This document shows, piece after piece, positions 29,395 through 39,192 of a stretch of 64,000 nucleotides of DNA. The stretch is from Planctomycetota bacterium (lineage in GTDB: Bacteria > Planctomycetota > Phycisphaerae > Phycisphaerales > SM1A02). Where the stretch lies: the NCBI GenBank assembly GCA_014381305.1, contig JACNLW010000043.1, positions 2,123 to 66,122 on the forward strand, written 5' to 3'. Each line of letters begins with the position of its first letter. Position 1 is the stretch's first letter. The translations under genes were made by a program, and so were the position numbers. Under the pieces are notes generated by a model. It did no database searches. It saw only the letters and a program-made list of their open reading frames with translations, and was not told the DNA's origin.

Positions 29395-31773
29395 ATGCCA
29401 TTACGTTTTTCAAACCGAATACTCGACCACCTTAAACATACCGCATATCGCCCAGCACTTTCGAAAGTGATCGCGCGCGATTTGCGAATCGATTCCGAGG
29501 ATCGCAATGCATTTGACGAAGCGATCAAGCAAGCCGTTGCCGAGGGTTTAATTGAAATAGGCAACGATGATTGTGTTCGCTTGCCATCCTTAGCTGATGA
29601 GATTACAGGTACATACCGTTCAAACAAGCGTGGATTTGGTTTTGTAACCCCAGACCAACTTTTTCGAGAGGGAGATGTATACATTGCATCAGGCGCATCT
29701 GGTGATGCTGTTTCTGGGGACAAGGTAAGCGTCGTTGTTTCCAAAAACAATCACTGGAAGGGCAAAGGTCCTGCGGGAAGAATTACCGAAGTGCTGAAAC
29801 GTGGAAGGGGGGACTTCGTGGGCTCACTCTTTAAGCGTGGAAATACATGGTTTGCACAACCAGATGGACGCGAATTGCACGACCCAATCATTATTCGCGA
29901 TCCAAGTGCGAAGAATGCAAAAGCAGGTGACAAAATTGTTTTTGAAATGCTGCACTTTCCAGAAAAAGATTATTACGGTGAAGGTGTTATTACGCGCGTA
30001 CTTGGTGAATCGGGTAGGCCCGATGTCGAAACGCAAGCAGTGATGCTTGCGTTTGGTCTCGCAGAAGATTTTGATGATGCCACGAAAGAAGAAGCACGAA
30101 AAGCCGCAACAATTTTTGAAGAAGGATCAGATGCAGGCAGAGAAGATTTAACTGATACATTTATTTTTACAATCGATCCCCCAAATGCAAAAGACTTCGA
30201 TGATGCAATCAACATCACCGTTGATTCAGAAACTGGTGAGTGGGAACTTGGCGTGCATATTGCTGACGTTGCGAGTTTCGTTACCCTAGGAAGTTCTCTT
30301 GATGATACTGCAAGGGAAAGAGGAAACAGTGTGTATCTTCCACGTCATGTTGTTCCAATGTTGCCAGAAGTATTATCGAACGGAGTTTGTTCTTTGCAAG
30401 AAGGTGTTCGTCGCTGGGCAAAATCAGTTTTTATTCGTTTCGATAATAAAGGAAAAGTTGTTTCGCACCGACTTCGAAATAGTGTCATTTGTTCCGCAAA
30501 ACGGTTGACCTACTTGGAAGCCCAAGCGTTGATTGATGGGGATGAAAAAGAAGCGAGAAAACAATCTGTAACCGGAGGTGCGTATACACCAGAGTTGATC
30601 GAAGCCCTGACTCTTGCCAACACACTTGCGAAAAAACTACTTGCTCGTCGCCGGCGTGATGGCATGATTGAATTGCAACTTCCAGAAGTAGAACTCGAGT
30701 TTGATGATGACGGTCACGTGATCGACGCTCATCCAGAAGACGATGCGTTTACACACCGTGTTATTGAAATGTTCATGGTGGAAGCAAACGAGGCCGTCGC
30801 AAGAACATTTCACGGTATAGAAATTCCAGCGCTTCGGCGAATTCACCCCGAACCAAAATTCGGCGACATTGAAGAACTTCGTTTGTTTGCTCGTTCGGTA
30901 GGCGTCGGTATTTCAGAAGAACCAACTCGCGCTGATTTGCAAAAACTTCTGAATATTACCGCCGAAGGTACAGCGTCTCGTGCTGTGCACTTTGCCGTGT
31001 TACGAACACTTTCGCAAGCAACGTATAGCCCAGCAGAAGTTGGGCACTTTGCACTTGCAAGTGAACATTATCTGCACTTTACAAGCCCAATTCGTCGGTA
31101 CCCGGATTTGCTAGTGCACAGAGCGCTTGAAGCGTATCTCTATCACACCGACAACGGCAGATCGATTGGCGGAGGAAAAAGCAGACGATCCATGCTTGGT
31201 CATCTTCGTGACGACACACGCGTTCTGGATGAAGGCAACTTAATTGCGATGGGAAGCCACTGTTCTTCTACAGAACGAAATGCGGAGCAAGCAGAACGAT
31301 CTCTCCGTACATTCCTTGTGATGCAATTTTTATATGAACACCACCTTGGGAATGAATTTGATGCGATTATTACCGGTTTTTCTGGAACGGGCATGTTCGT
31401 TTCACTCGAAAAATTTCTCGTTGAGGGATTGGCGAAGTTTGACATGATCAAACGCTCCTCGAAACGAAACGATAAGTGGGTCAAGATGGAAGGAACGGGA
31501 AGAATTGTTGCGCAGCGTTCAGGTGAAGTGCTTTCTGTTGGTGATAGAGTTGTCGTGCAAATTTCTGCAATTGATTTGCCAACAAGGCAAATGGAATTGC
31601 GAGTAACAGAAATGCCATACAAAACAATTGATGACATTGATCCAGATCCGGTACCCGTTGAACATCGTAAAAAAGAAAAAAGCCGCAAGAAAGGGCAAAT
31701 CCTTAAAGAGGGTAGAAGCAACCACAAAAAGTCTAAACATGGTCGCAAAGGCAAGGGGCGTAAACGGCGGTAG
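29395..31773 (+). CDS. rnr: ribonuclease R
   Basis: The protein has an RNB catalytic domain (TIDPPNAKDFDDAI, HFTSPIRRYPDL), a C-terminal S1 domain and a Lys-rich tail. Confidence 0.95.
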   Translation: MPLRFSNRILDHLKHTAYRPALSKVIARDLRIDSEDRNAFDEAIKQAVAEGLIEIGNDDCVRLPSLADEITGTYRSNKRGFGFVTPDQLFREGDVYIASGASGDAVSGDKVSVVVSKNNHWKGKGPAGRITEVLKRGRGDFVGSLFKRGNTWFAQPDGRELHDPIIIRDPSAKNAKAGDKIVFEMLHFPEKDYYGEGVITRVLGESGRPDVETQAVMLAFGLAEDFDDATKEEARKAATIFEEGSDAGREDLTDTFIFTIDPPNAKDFDDAINITVDSETGEWELGVHIADVASFVTLGSSLDDTARERGNSVYLPRHVVPMLPEVLSNGVCSLQEGVRRWAKSVFIRFDNKGKVVSHRLRNSVICSAKRLTYLEAQALIDGDEKEARKQSVTGGAYTPELIEALTLANTLAKKLLARRRRDGMIELQLPEVELEFDDDGHVIDAHPEDDAFTHRVIEMFMVEANEAVARTFHGIEIPALRRIHPEPKFGDIEELRLFARSVGVGISEEPTRADLQKLLNITAEGTASRAVHFAVLRTLSQATYSPAEVGHFALASEHYLHFTSPIRRYPDLLVHRALEAYLYHTDNGRSIGGGKSRRSMLGHLRDDTRVLDEGNLIAMGSHCSSTERNAEQAERSLRTFLVMQFLYEHHLGNEFDAIITGFSGTGMFVSLEKFLVEGLAKFDMIKRSSKRNDKWVKMEGTGRIVAQRSGEVLSVGDRVVVQISAIDLPTRQMELRVTEMPYKTIDDIDPDPVPVEHRKKEKSRKKGQILKEGRSNHKKSKHGRKGKGRKRR

Positions 31774-31808
31774 AAGCGTATCATGTGGTGTACATATGGA
31801 GATTTGTC

Positions 31809-33788
31809 ATGTCTGAAAACAGCAACATTGAATCTGTCCTACACGAAACCCGAACGTTTAATCCACCCGAAAATTTTGATTCGATAATCGGCGGCGCATA
31901 TATTGATTCAATGAATGCGTACAACAAAATGTACGAACGGTCCATTGAAGACCCAAACGGATTTTGGGGATCTGTTGCAGACGAACTTGATTGGTTTGAA
32001 AGGTGGGACACAGTTTTAGAGGGCGACTTCCCAGACGCAACATGGTTTGCAGGTGGGAAAACAAATATATGTCACAATTGCATCGATAGACAAATTGCAA
32101 TGGGGCATGGTGATGACACTGCGATTATTTGGGAAGGCGAACCTTGTGGGGAAGATGGGCCCGAAGTTCGCAACTTGTCTTATCACGATTTACATGCAGA
32201 AGTTTGTCGGTTTGCAAATGCTCTCAAATCGAAAGGTGTAAAAAAAGGTGACGTTGTCACAATTTACATGGGCATGGTTCCAGAACTTGCCATCGCAACG
32301 CTTGCGTGTGCTCGAATTGGCGCGCCACACTCAGTTATTTTTGGCGGTTTTTCATCACAAGCAATTGCCGATCGCGTAGAAGATGCAAAAAGTAAAATTG
32401 TTATTACATGTGATGGATCTTGGCGGCGAGGGAAAATTGTTCCGTTGAAAGATAACGTTGATGCAGCGACTGAACTGACAAGTCATATCGAAACAGTTGT
32501 TGTATTGCAACGGTGTAACAATGACATCACTTGGGTAGAAGGTCGGGACCAGTGGTGGCACGAATTGACTGATTTGCAAGAAGAAGATTGCCAGTGCGAA
32601 CAAATGGACTCCGAGGATATGCTTTTCTTGTTGTACACCAGTGGTTCAACGGGAAAACCAAAAGGCATTATTCACACTACGGGCGGATATATGGTTTACA
32701 CTTATCTCACATCAAAGTGGGTTTTCAATTTAAAACCAGATTGCGATCAAGTTTATTGGTGCACAGCTGACATTGGTTGGATTACGGGGCACAGTTATAT
32801 TATTTATGGCGTGTTACCAAACCGTGTCCCCACGATTATGTATGAAGGCGCACCTAATTTTCCAGAGGGCGATCGTTTTTGGGATATTGTCGAGCGGCAC
32901 AAGGTAACACAGTTTTATACTGCACCAACTGCGATTCGTGCGTTTATGAAGTGGGGAGATGAGCACCCACAAAAACACGATTTAAGTTCTTTAAAAGTAC
33001 TTGGAACAGTTGGTGAACCAATCAACCCTGAAGCATGGATGTGGTATCGAAAAACAATTGGCGGAAACAACTGCCCGATTGTAGATACGTGGTGGCAAAC
33101 TGAAACTGGTGGGCACATGTTAACTCCGCTTCCGGGCGCTACACCAACAACACCGGGTTCATGTACACGACCATTCTTTGGAATCGATGCAGCTGTTGTA
33201 AACGAAGATGGAACAGAAGTAAACAAAAATTCAGGTGGACTTTTGGTCGTTCGAAAACCATGGCCAGCAACACTGCGTGGTATTTATGGCGACCGCGAAC
33301 GCTTCCTTGAGACGTATTTTCAGCGTGTTGACGGGATGTATCTTGCTGGTGACAGTGCGCGCATTGATGAGAACGATAATTTTTGGATCATGGGTCGAAT
33401 TGATGATGTGATAAATGTTTCTGGTCACAGGCTAGGCACAATGGAAGTGGAATCATCGTTGGTAAGTCACGAATCAGTTGTTGAAGCTGCAGTTGTTGGA
33501 GTTCCACACGAAATCAAAGGAACTGGAATAGCAGCATTTTGCACGCTGACAAAAGGTTTTGAACCGAGCGAAGAATTGAAAGATGTGCTCAGGTCACATG
33601 TTGCGAATGAAATTGGAGCAATTGCAAAACCAGACTTATTGAAATTTACGGATTCCCTTCCAAAAACAAGAAGCGGTAAAATCATGCGTCGTTTACTACG
33701 CGATGTTGCTGCAGGAACGGATTCGAATCAAGATGTCACAACCCTTGAAGATTTTACAGTGCTTTCAAAATTACGCGCCGAGGATTGA
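31809..33788 (+). CDS. acs: acetate--CoA ligase (acetyl-CoA synthetase)
   Basis: YTSGSTGKPKG (AMP-binding), WWQTETGG and SLPKTRSGKIMRR motifs are present. ATG 31809 has GGAG 7 nt upstream. Confidence 0.96.
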   Translation: MSENSNIESVLHETRTFNPPENFDSIIGGAYIDSMNAYNKMYERSIEDPNGFWGSVADELDWFERWDTVLEGDFPDATWFAGGKTNICHNCIDRQIAMGHGDDTAIIWEGEPCGEDGPEVRNLSYHDLHAEVCRFANALKSKGVKKGDVVTIYMGMVPELAIATLACARIGAPHSVIFGGFSSQAIADRVEDAKSKIVITCDGSWRRGKIVPLKDNVDAATELTSHIETVVVLQRCNNDITWVEGRDQWWHELTDLQEEDCQCEQMDSEDMLFLLYTSGSTGKPKGIIHTTGGYMVYTYLTSKWVFNLKPDCDQVYWCTADIGWITGHSYIIYGVLPNRVPTIMYEGAPNFPEGDRFWDIVERHKVTQFYTAPTAIRAFMKWGDEHPQKHDLSSLKVLGTVGEPINPEAWMWYRKTIGGNNCPIVDTWWQTETGGHMLTPLPGATPTTPGSCTRPFFGIDAAVVNEDGTEVNKNSGGLLVVRKPWPATLRGIYGDRERFLETYFQRVDGMYLAGDSARIDENDNFWIMGRIDDVINVSGHRLGTMEVESSLVSHESVVEAAVVGVPHEIKGTGIAAFCTLTKGFEPSEELKDVLRSHVANEIGAIAKPDLLKFTDSLPKTRSGKIMRRLLRDVAAGTDSNQDVTTLEDFTVLSKLRAED

Positions 33789-34532
33789 ATCAACCGCGGG
33801 AATCGCAGTGCCGCAAAGTAATTGATCACCGCAGACCACAATGTCTGCGGTGTTTTTATTGATGCGGACGCGACCGATTGAGACCTCTCTTTTGTTTTCC
33901 ATTGTTCGCGGGTCATACTTTTTTGATTCAGGCAATGTTCGCTTATCGATTGGTTGCTTGGTTGTGATCCGCAGACTTGCAATATGGCCAACAACAACTG
34001 GAACGCGAAATGATGTTGCAGTTACTTCGCAGCCAAACAGTTCGTGCAAATCTTTTTTAATTACTTGTTCTTCATACGCATGGTTTTCATGTGGCAACAC
34101 GTTGTGTACAAGTTCCCCGCCGAACAATTCTGTTGTATCGTTTTGTTCAAGTGCTTGGACGCCTCGCCAACCAGCGCCGGAAACAGATTGCATTGTTGTT
34201 GTGATGATTGAAGAGATGTTGCATTCTTTATGCAAAGGAGCGAGCGCTTGCGCAATGAGCGAAGCCATGCAGTTGGGTACACGTTTTTGTTTTTGATTTG
34301 TTTCAAGAATTGGTGGGAGTGAAAGTGCGGTGTTTGGAATCGAACCACTGCAATCGACAAGTGGCCCGTTGAATGCAGATGTTTCGATTGGTGCCGCAAC
34401 GATGAGGGCATTTGCCTCACTAGGGATGCGTTCGTCTCTGTGGAGTGGAATGGCGTTTATACCTCGGGATTTGAGTTCATCAATACAAACTCGTCCAACG
34501 GACCCTCTTGCGCCTAGTACTGCAATGTTCAT
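33771..34532 (-). CDS. aspartate-semialdehyde dehydrogenase-like protein, unusually short (253 aa)
   Basis: NIAVLGARGSVG (NAD(P) motif), VPNCMASLIAQALAPL (active-site Cys context), SVSGAG and RVPVVVGHIASL (active-site His context) are present. It overlaps the convergent acs 3' end by 18 nt. Confidence 0.6.
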   Translation of the reverse strand: MNIAVLGARGSVGRVCIDELKSRGINAIPLHRDERIPSEANALIVAAPIETSAFNGPLVDCSGSIPNTALSLPPILETNQKQKRVPNCMASLIAQALAPLHKECNISSIITTTMQSVSGAGWRGVQALEQNDTTELFGGELVHNVLPHENHAYEEQVIKKDLHELFGCEVTATSFRVPVVVGHIASLRITTKQPIDKRTLPESKKYDPRTMENKREVSIGRVRINKNTADIVVCGDQLLCGTAIPAVDSILGA

Positions 34533-34558
34533 CCCGCCATTCTAACCGCTAAAATAAT

Positions 34559-34590
34559 GCGAAAAAAACGCGAAAAAAACGCGAAAAACA
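34559..34590. repeat. three phased A-tracts (11-nt period)
   Basis: GCGAAAAAAAC, GCGAAAAAAAC and GCGAAAAACA occur in tandem, 27 nt upstream of the asd-like start codon. Confidence 0.9.
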
Positions 34591-34611
34591 TGTAGTTTTG
34601 TAATGAATGTT

Positions 34612-34877
34612 GCATACGCCTCTGTGCCATGCTCTGTGTACGCCTCGAAGCATACCTCTGTGTCATCCTCTGTGTAATGCTCTGTGTACGCCTCGAAGCA
34701 TACCTCTGAGTCATCCTCTGTGTCATCCTCTGTGTACCACTCGAAGCATACCTCTGTGTACGCCTCGGAGCACACCTCTGTGTCATGCTCTGTGTACACC
34801 TCGGAGCATACCTCTGTGTCATGCTATGTGTACGCCTCGGAGGAATACTCGGAGGAATACTCAGAGCAATACTCTGA
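34612..34877. repeat. 12-nt tandem repeat array (about 22 degenerate units, minisatellite)
   Basis: Units such as GCATACCTCTGT, GTCATCCTCTGT, GTAATGCTCTGT, GTACGCCTCGAA and GGAATACTCGGA stay in strict 12-nt register from 34626 to 34877. A higher-order pattern of about 36-48 nt is visible. The array ends 8 nt before the purE ATG. Confidence 0.95.
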
Positions 34878-34885
34878 GGTAGAAT

Positions 34886-35389
34886 ATGGGAATGGCTGAT
34901 TACACAACAACAGACGGCGCACGAATTGGCGTTCTCATGGGCAGTGCCTCAGACTGGCCTACGATGAAAAAGGCGAGTGAAACCCTTCATAAGTTCGGAA
35001 TCACGCATGAATGCAATGCAATCTCAGCGCACCGAAACCCAGAACGGCTTCAAAAGTACCTCTCAGATGCTGAAAATCGCGGTGTCGAACTATTTATCTG
35101 TGCAGCTGGCGGCGCCGCGCATCTCGCTGGCGTTGTTGCAGCCCACACAGAAAAACCCGTATTGGGCTGCCCAATGCAGGCATGGTCGCTCGATGGCCTC
35201 GATTCCCTCCTCTCAACAGTGCAAATGCCAAAAGGGATGCCAGTTGCAACCTTTGCAATTGGCACCGCTGGTGCGATCAACGCTGCAACTTTTGCTGCTC
35301 AAATGCTCGCGATGGGCGATATTGATGTAAAAACAGCGTTTTCTGCCTTCAGAGAAGCACAATCCGCCGCTGTAAGTAATCTTGAATAA
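34886..35389 (+). CDS. purE: 5-(carboxyamino)imidazole ribonucleotide mutase
   Basis: [25 protein letters not shown] and [14 protein letters not shown] are PurE signatures. Confidence 0.95.
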   Translation: MGMADYTTTDGARIGVLMGSASDWPTMKKASETLHKFGITHECNAISAHRNPERLQKYLSDAENRGVELFICAAGGAAHLAGVVAAHTEKPVLGCPMQAWSLDGLDSLLSTVQMPKGMPVATFAIGTAGAINAATFAAQMLAMGDIDVKTAFSAFREAQSAAVSNLE

Positions 35390-35565
35390 TTGAAGTTTTT
35401 GTTTTGACTTGGGGACGTCCGAGAACCACAATATGGGTTCTACGCGCAGCAGGTTTGAGGTGACCAAGAAGGAATGCCGATGCTGCCATGAACGTTCATA
35501 TATAGAGCGTGAACAATTTCAATGCATAGTCGTATTGGAGAGAGGCACTTTAGGAGTTTTATTAC

Positions 35566-38298
35566 ATGTTCCAGAACAAAATCACAATCACAGCACTCGC
35601 CCTTGGCATCATCGCCACCACAACTACACCAAGTTTGGCAAAACCGAAGCAATTCAACGAAGTCAACGAGGGCTTTAAAGAAGTTGTTTCAACTGCCGAT
35701 GGATCGAAGGCCCTCTTTGGTCTTTGGGTAAATAACAAAGAAAACCAAATGCTCCTTGAACTTCCACGTGGGTGGGATCGCAAGAAATTTTTCGTTGCAG
35801 TGACACCATCGGCTGGTGTAGTCTTCTCCGGATTACAAGGCAACGAGTCATATATTTACTTGCGTAAATACGACGACCGCATCGCGTTCATTGCACCAGA
35901 AACTTCAGTGCGATCAACTGGAACGAAAACATCACAAGAATCAGTTGACACGATATTCACAGATACTGTGATCATCGATGTGCCAATCGTTGCCACTGGA
36001 CCAAATGGTCAACCAGTGATTGATTTAGATTACCTTCTTGTCAGCAACGCTTCGAAGATTGCTGGTTCAGTTGGTCGCGGCGCAAATAGCAGACTCACAA
36101 CAATCAAAACAGCAAAATCATTTCCAAAGAACTTAGAAGTTGCATTGGAAATGCCAACTAGTGGCGGAAACTTCAAACAAATTCACTATTCATTTAGTGA
36201 AGTCCCAGAACGTGGTTCTTACGAACCACGCAAGGCAGACGAACGCGTTGGTTTTTTTACAACGGACTTCCGTGACCTTGGTCAGCCCCACGAAGAAGAC
36301 AAGTGGGTGCATTACATCAACCGGTGGGATCTCCAAAAACGAGATTCAAGTTTGTCACTTAGTCCTCCCAAAAAACCAATCGTGTTTTATGTTGAACACA
36401 CAGTTCCAGTGAAGTATCGGCGATGGGTTCGTGATGGCGTGTTGTATTGGAATGATGCATTTGAAAAAATTGGCATCGATTCCGCAATCGAAGTGTATTA
36501 CCAAGACGAAGCGACTGGCGCGCATATGGAAAAAGATCCAGAAGATGTTCGTTACAACTTCCTTCGTTGGTTGAACAATGACATTGCAACTGCAATCGGC
36601 CCATCACGAGCACATCCAATGACAGGTGAGATTCTTGATGCAGATATCGTGCTAACAGACGGTTGGATTCGAGCATACTGGCGCTGGTATTCACAAATTC
36701 CCAAAGCAGAAGAAGCAATGGCAACATTGACTGCTTCTGATATTCAGTGGCTTGAAGATTATCCAGAATGGGATCCGCGGATTCGAACTGCAAGTCCAAT
36801 TGAACAAGCGCGTATTTTTGCAGAACGCGATCGCCGCAAAGCAGCGGGCGATACTGACCCAGGAAAATCCCTGATCGATCCAATTCTTGCTGGTGATGAT
36901 GACCTTGCAGAAATTGCTGATTGGTTATGCGACGAAGACCACCATTGTTTAGCAGCGTATCAACTTGCAAGCCAAATGGCATTTGCAAGGCTCGGTATCG
37001 AAGCACTTGACCTTGTAGAATTGGGTGCACCAAATGTTACAGGTCGTGCAACTGACGATAAACTTGACGGTATTCCAGAATGGTTTATTGGTCCACTGAT
37101 CTCTGGTTTAGTTTGTCATGAAGTAGGGCATACGCTTGGTTTGCGACATAACTTTAAAGCATCCGGTTTGTACACGATGGAAGAGATTAACTCCGAAGAC
37201 ATTCGTGGTAAGAAACCATTTACTGCATCAGTTATGGATTACAACCCTGTTAACTTTAATATGGAAACGGGTGATGTACAGGGTGACTTCGCGATGATCG
37301 GCGTTGGACCATACGACGTGTGGGCGATTGAATATGGTTACACACTTGGTAAGGTAGATGATGTTCTGAAGCGTTCAAACGAACCAGAACATGCTTATCT
37401 CACTGATGAAGATACAGGTGGCCCTGACCCACTCGCGAAACGGTACGACTTTAGTAAAGATCCACTGACATACGCGCAAAATCAAATGCGAATTGTTGAA
37501 AAACTTCGTGCAGACCTACTCACCTCGTATGTTGAAGATGGTGACAGTTGGTCTAAGGCGCGAAGAGGATATGAAACAACGCTTCGCATGCAATCCGGTT
37601 CAGCAGGGATGTTGATTGACTGGATCGGCGGTGCGTTTGTAAATCGAAATAAGAAGGGTGACTTTGGTGATGAAAATGTCACTCCAGTTACAGTTGTTCC
37701 TGCAGAACAACAACGTGCTGCACTGAACTTCGTTGTTGAAAACATTTTTGACGAAGATGCATTTGATCTTTCACCAAACCTGCTCGCACACTTTAATGTT
37801 GATAAGTGGTACGGCGGCGGTGGTGACAGTGGCGAAGCGACGTGGCCTGTGCACGATCGAATTCTTGGTCTGCAAGCTTCGATGCTTTCATCAATTCTCG
37901 CTCCAAGTCGACTTGGCATGGTATATGACAATGAATACCGCGTTGCTGACGACGAAGATGCACTTACGATGGCTGAAATCTTTGATACTTTGATGGATGC
38001 GATTTATTCAGGAATTGACGAAACAGATGGCGACTGGTCAAACAGAGAACCAATGATTTCATCAATGCGTCGTAATCTTCAAGCTGAAATGACTGACCGT
38101 CTCATCGGTCTTTCAACCGGTCGTGTGCGAATGTTTAGACCAGTGCGAACTATCGCGTTGTACCACACACGTGAGTTGTATAAACAACTCGGAGACATTC
38201 TTGAGAACGACGGTTCACTCGATGTGTATACTCAATCGCATTTAGAAGATATGCACGAACGTCTCGGTAATGCACTTGACATTGTCTACACGATGTAA
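35566..38298 (+). CDS. secreted zinc-dependent metalloprotease (large, HExxH zincin)
   Basis: The protein has a signal peptide (MFQNKITITALALGIIATTTTPSLA) and the HEVGHTLGLRHNF zinc-binding motif. At 910 aa its architecture resembles the DUF5117/DUF4953-type metalloproteases. Confidence 0.85.
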   Translation: MFQNKITITALALGIIATTTTPSLAKPKQFNEVNEGFKEVVSTADGSKALFGLWVNNKENQMLLELPRGWDRKKFFVAVTPSAGVVFSGLQGNESYIYLRKYDDRIAFIAPETSVRSTGTKTSQESVDTIFTDTVIIDVPIVATGPNGQPVIDLDYLLVSNASKIAGSVGRGANSRLTTIKTAKSFPKNLEVALEMPTSGGNFKQIHYSFSEVPERGSYEPRKADERVGFFTTDFRDLGQPHEEDKWVHYINRWDLQKRDSSLSLSPPKKPIVFYVEHTVPVKYRRWVRDGVLYWNDAFEKIGIDSAIEVYYQDEATGAHMEKDPEDVRYNFLRWLNNDIATAIGPSRAHPMTGEILDADIVLTDGWIRAYWRWYSQIPKAEEAMATLTASDIQWLEDYPEWDPRIRTASPIEQARIFAERDRRKAAGDTDPGKSLIDPILAGDDDLAEIADWLCDEDHHCLAAYQLASQMAFARLGIEALDLVELGAPNVTGRATDDKLDGIPEWFIGPLISGLVCHEVGHTLGLRHNFKASGLYTMEEINSEDIRGKKPFTASVMDYNPVNFNMETGDVQGDFAMIGVGPYDVWAIEYGYTLGKVDDVLKRSNEPEHAYLTDEDTGGPDPLAKRYDFSKDPLTYAQNQMRIVEKLRADLLTSYVEDGDSWSKARRGYETTLRMQSGSAGMLIDWIGGAFVNRNKKGDFGDENVTPVTVVPAEQQRAALNFVVENIFDEDAFDLSPNLLAHFNVDKWYGGGGDSGEATWPVHDRILGLQASMLSSILAPSRLGMVYDNEYRVADDEDALTMAEIFDTLMDAIYSGIDETDGDWSNREPMISSMRRNLQAEMTDRLIGLSTGRVRMFRPVRTIALYHTRELYKQLGDILENDGSLDVYTQSHLEDMHERLGNALDIVYTM

Positions 38299-38320
38299 CA
38301 TTTATTCAGACACACTTAGA

Positions 38321-38352
38321 AAAAAGGTCGCTCAAAGGAGCGACCTTTTTTT
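38321..38352. terminator. bidirectional intrinsic terminator between convergent genes
   Basis: AAAAA-GGTCGCTC-AAAG-GAGCGACC-TTTTTTT forms an 8-bp GC stem flanked by an A-run and a T-run. Confidence 0.8.
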
Positions 38353-39061
38353 ACAAGATTTCTTGCCTGCAAGAGTGGTCGCGTGGTTCAGGACACGCAA
38401 TATTTTTAGGCATTGCAAGATGAAGCATGACGGGATCGGTGAGCTCGATTGTTCCATCAACTTCATGCGCGCCAATCTTCATTGCGTTTCCAACCCAGTC
38501 AACATCCATCGTTCCACATGGACGACCTTCGTTTCGACGCCACCGAGTGCCGTGACTTCTTGGATAATGGCTTACACCGACCATCTGTACATTGACAATT
38601 TCGCCGCGTAATGTTTCGGGCACGGTGATTGGTTGATGTACAACACCAACGTCACCACCGCCAACCCGAAATGCAATGTGTACATCGCTTGCACCTTCAA
38701 CAACGGTAAACGATCGTTGCGCTGGACGAAGATGCACGATCACAGAAGCGGGGTTTTCATATCTATTTTGAAAATAAATTGATAACTCCGGACCGTTTTG
38801 CGATGTTCGAACTAGTGGAAACAAACAAACACCATCTGCTTCGAAGTAATGCGAACCAACAATTTCTTGCAGACGATTGGGTAACTGATCTTCCATGTTA
38901 AAGGCATAAATTAAACAACCGGTAATTGTGAGTGTAAAAATGAGAGAAACAATTTTTGAAAAACCTACACCATCAGCGCCAGACATCGTCCACGCCCAAA
39001 TTGCCCAAAGCACACTCGCTGTTCCAAGGAGTACAAGAACAAAATTTCGTTTTTCGTGCAT
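38351..39061 (-). CDS. hypothetical membrane protein
   Basis: ATG 39061 has GGAGG 6 nt upstream. Two N-terminal TM segments are followed by a soluble domain. I recognise no family. Confidence 0.6.
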   Translation of the reverse strand: MHEKRNFVLVLLGTASVLWAIWAWTMSGADGVGFSKIVSLIFTLTITGCLIYAFNMEDQLPNRLQEIVGSHYFEADGVCLFPLVRTSQNGPELSIYFQNRYENPASVIVHLRPAQRSFTVVEGASDVHIAFRVGGGDVGVVHQPITVPETLRGEIVNVQMVGVSHYPRSHGTRWRRNEGRPCGTMDVDWVGNAMKIGAHEVDGTIELTDPVMLHLAMPKNIACPEPRDHSCRQEIL

Positions 39062-39192
39062 ACCAAACCTCCATTTCACGAGGTCGACGCCACTAGGCTT
39101 TTACGCAGTTGTTGCAGCGCCAAGCCCCCCTGATTCCCCATGGGTGTATTCTACCCCAATACTACCATGTATCGTTAAGGACTTTTTTTCAA

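Noticed and set aside
34529-34899. Four overlapping ORFs (97, 85, 91 and 71 aa) across the 12-nt repeat array, one ending in an ATGA overlap with the asd-like start
   Set aside because: Being open in 4 of 6 frames is the expected by-product of a stop-free 12-nt (3n) repeat. The products are tetrapeptide-periodic low-complexity strings (TQRM/TQRY, LCHP...), and the frames have no convincing RBS. The ATGA junction keeps a small residual possibility of a coupled upstream ORF, so ribosome profiling would settle it.
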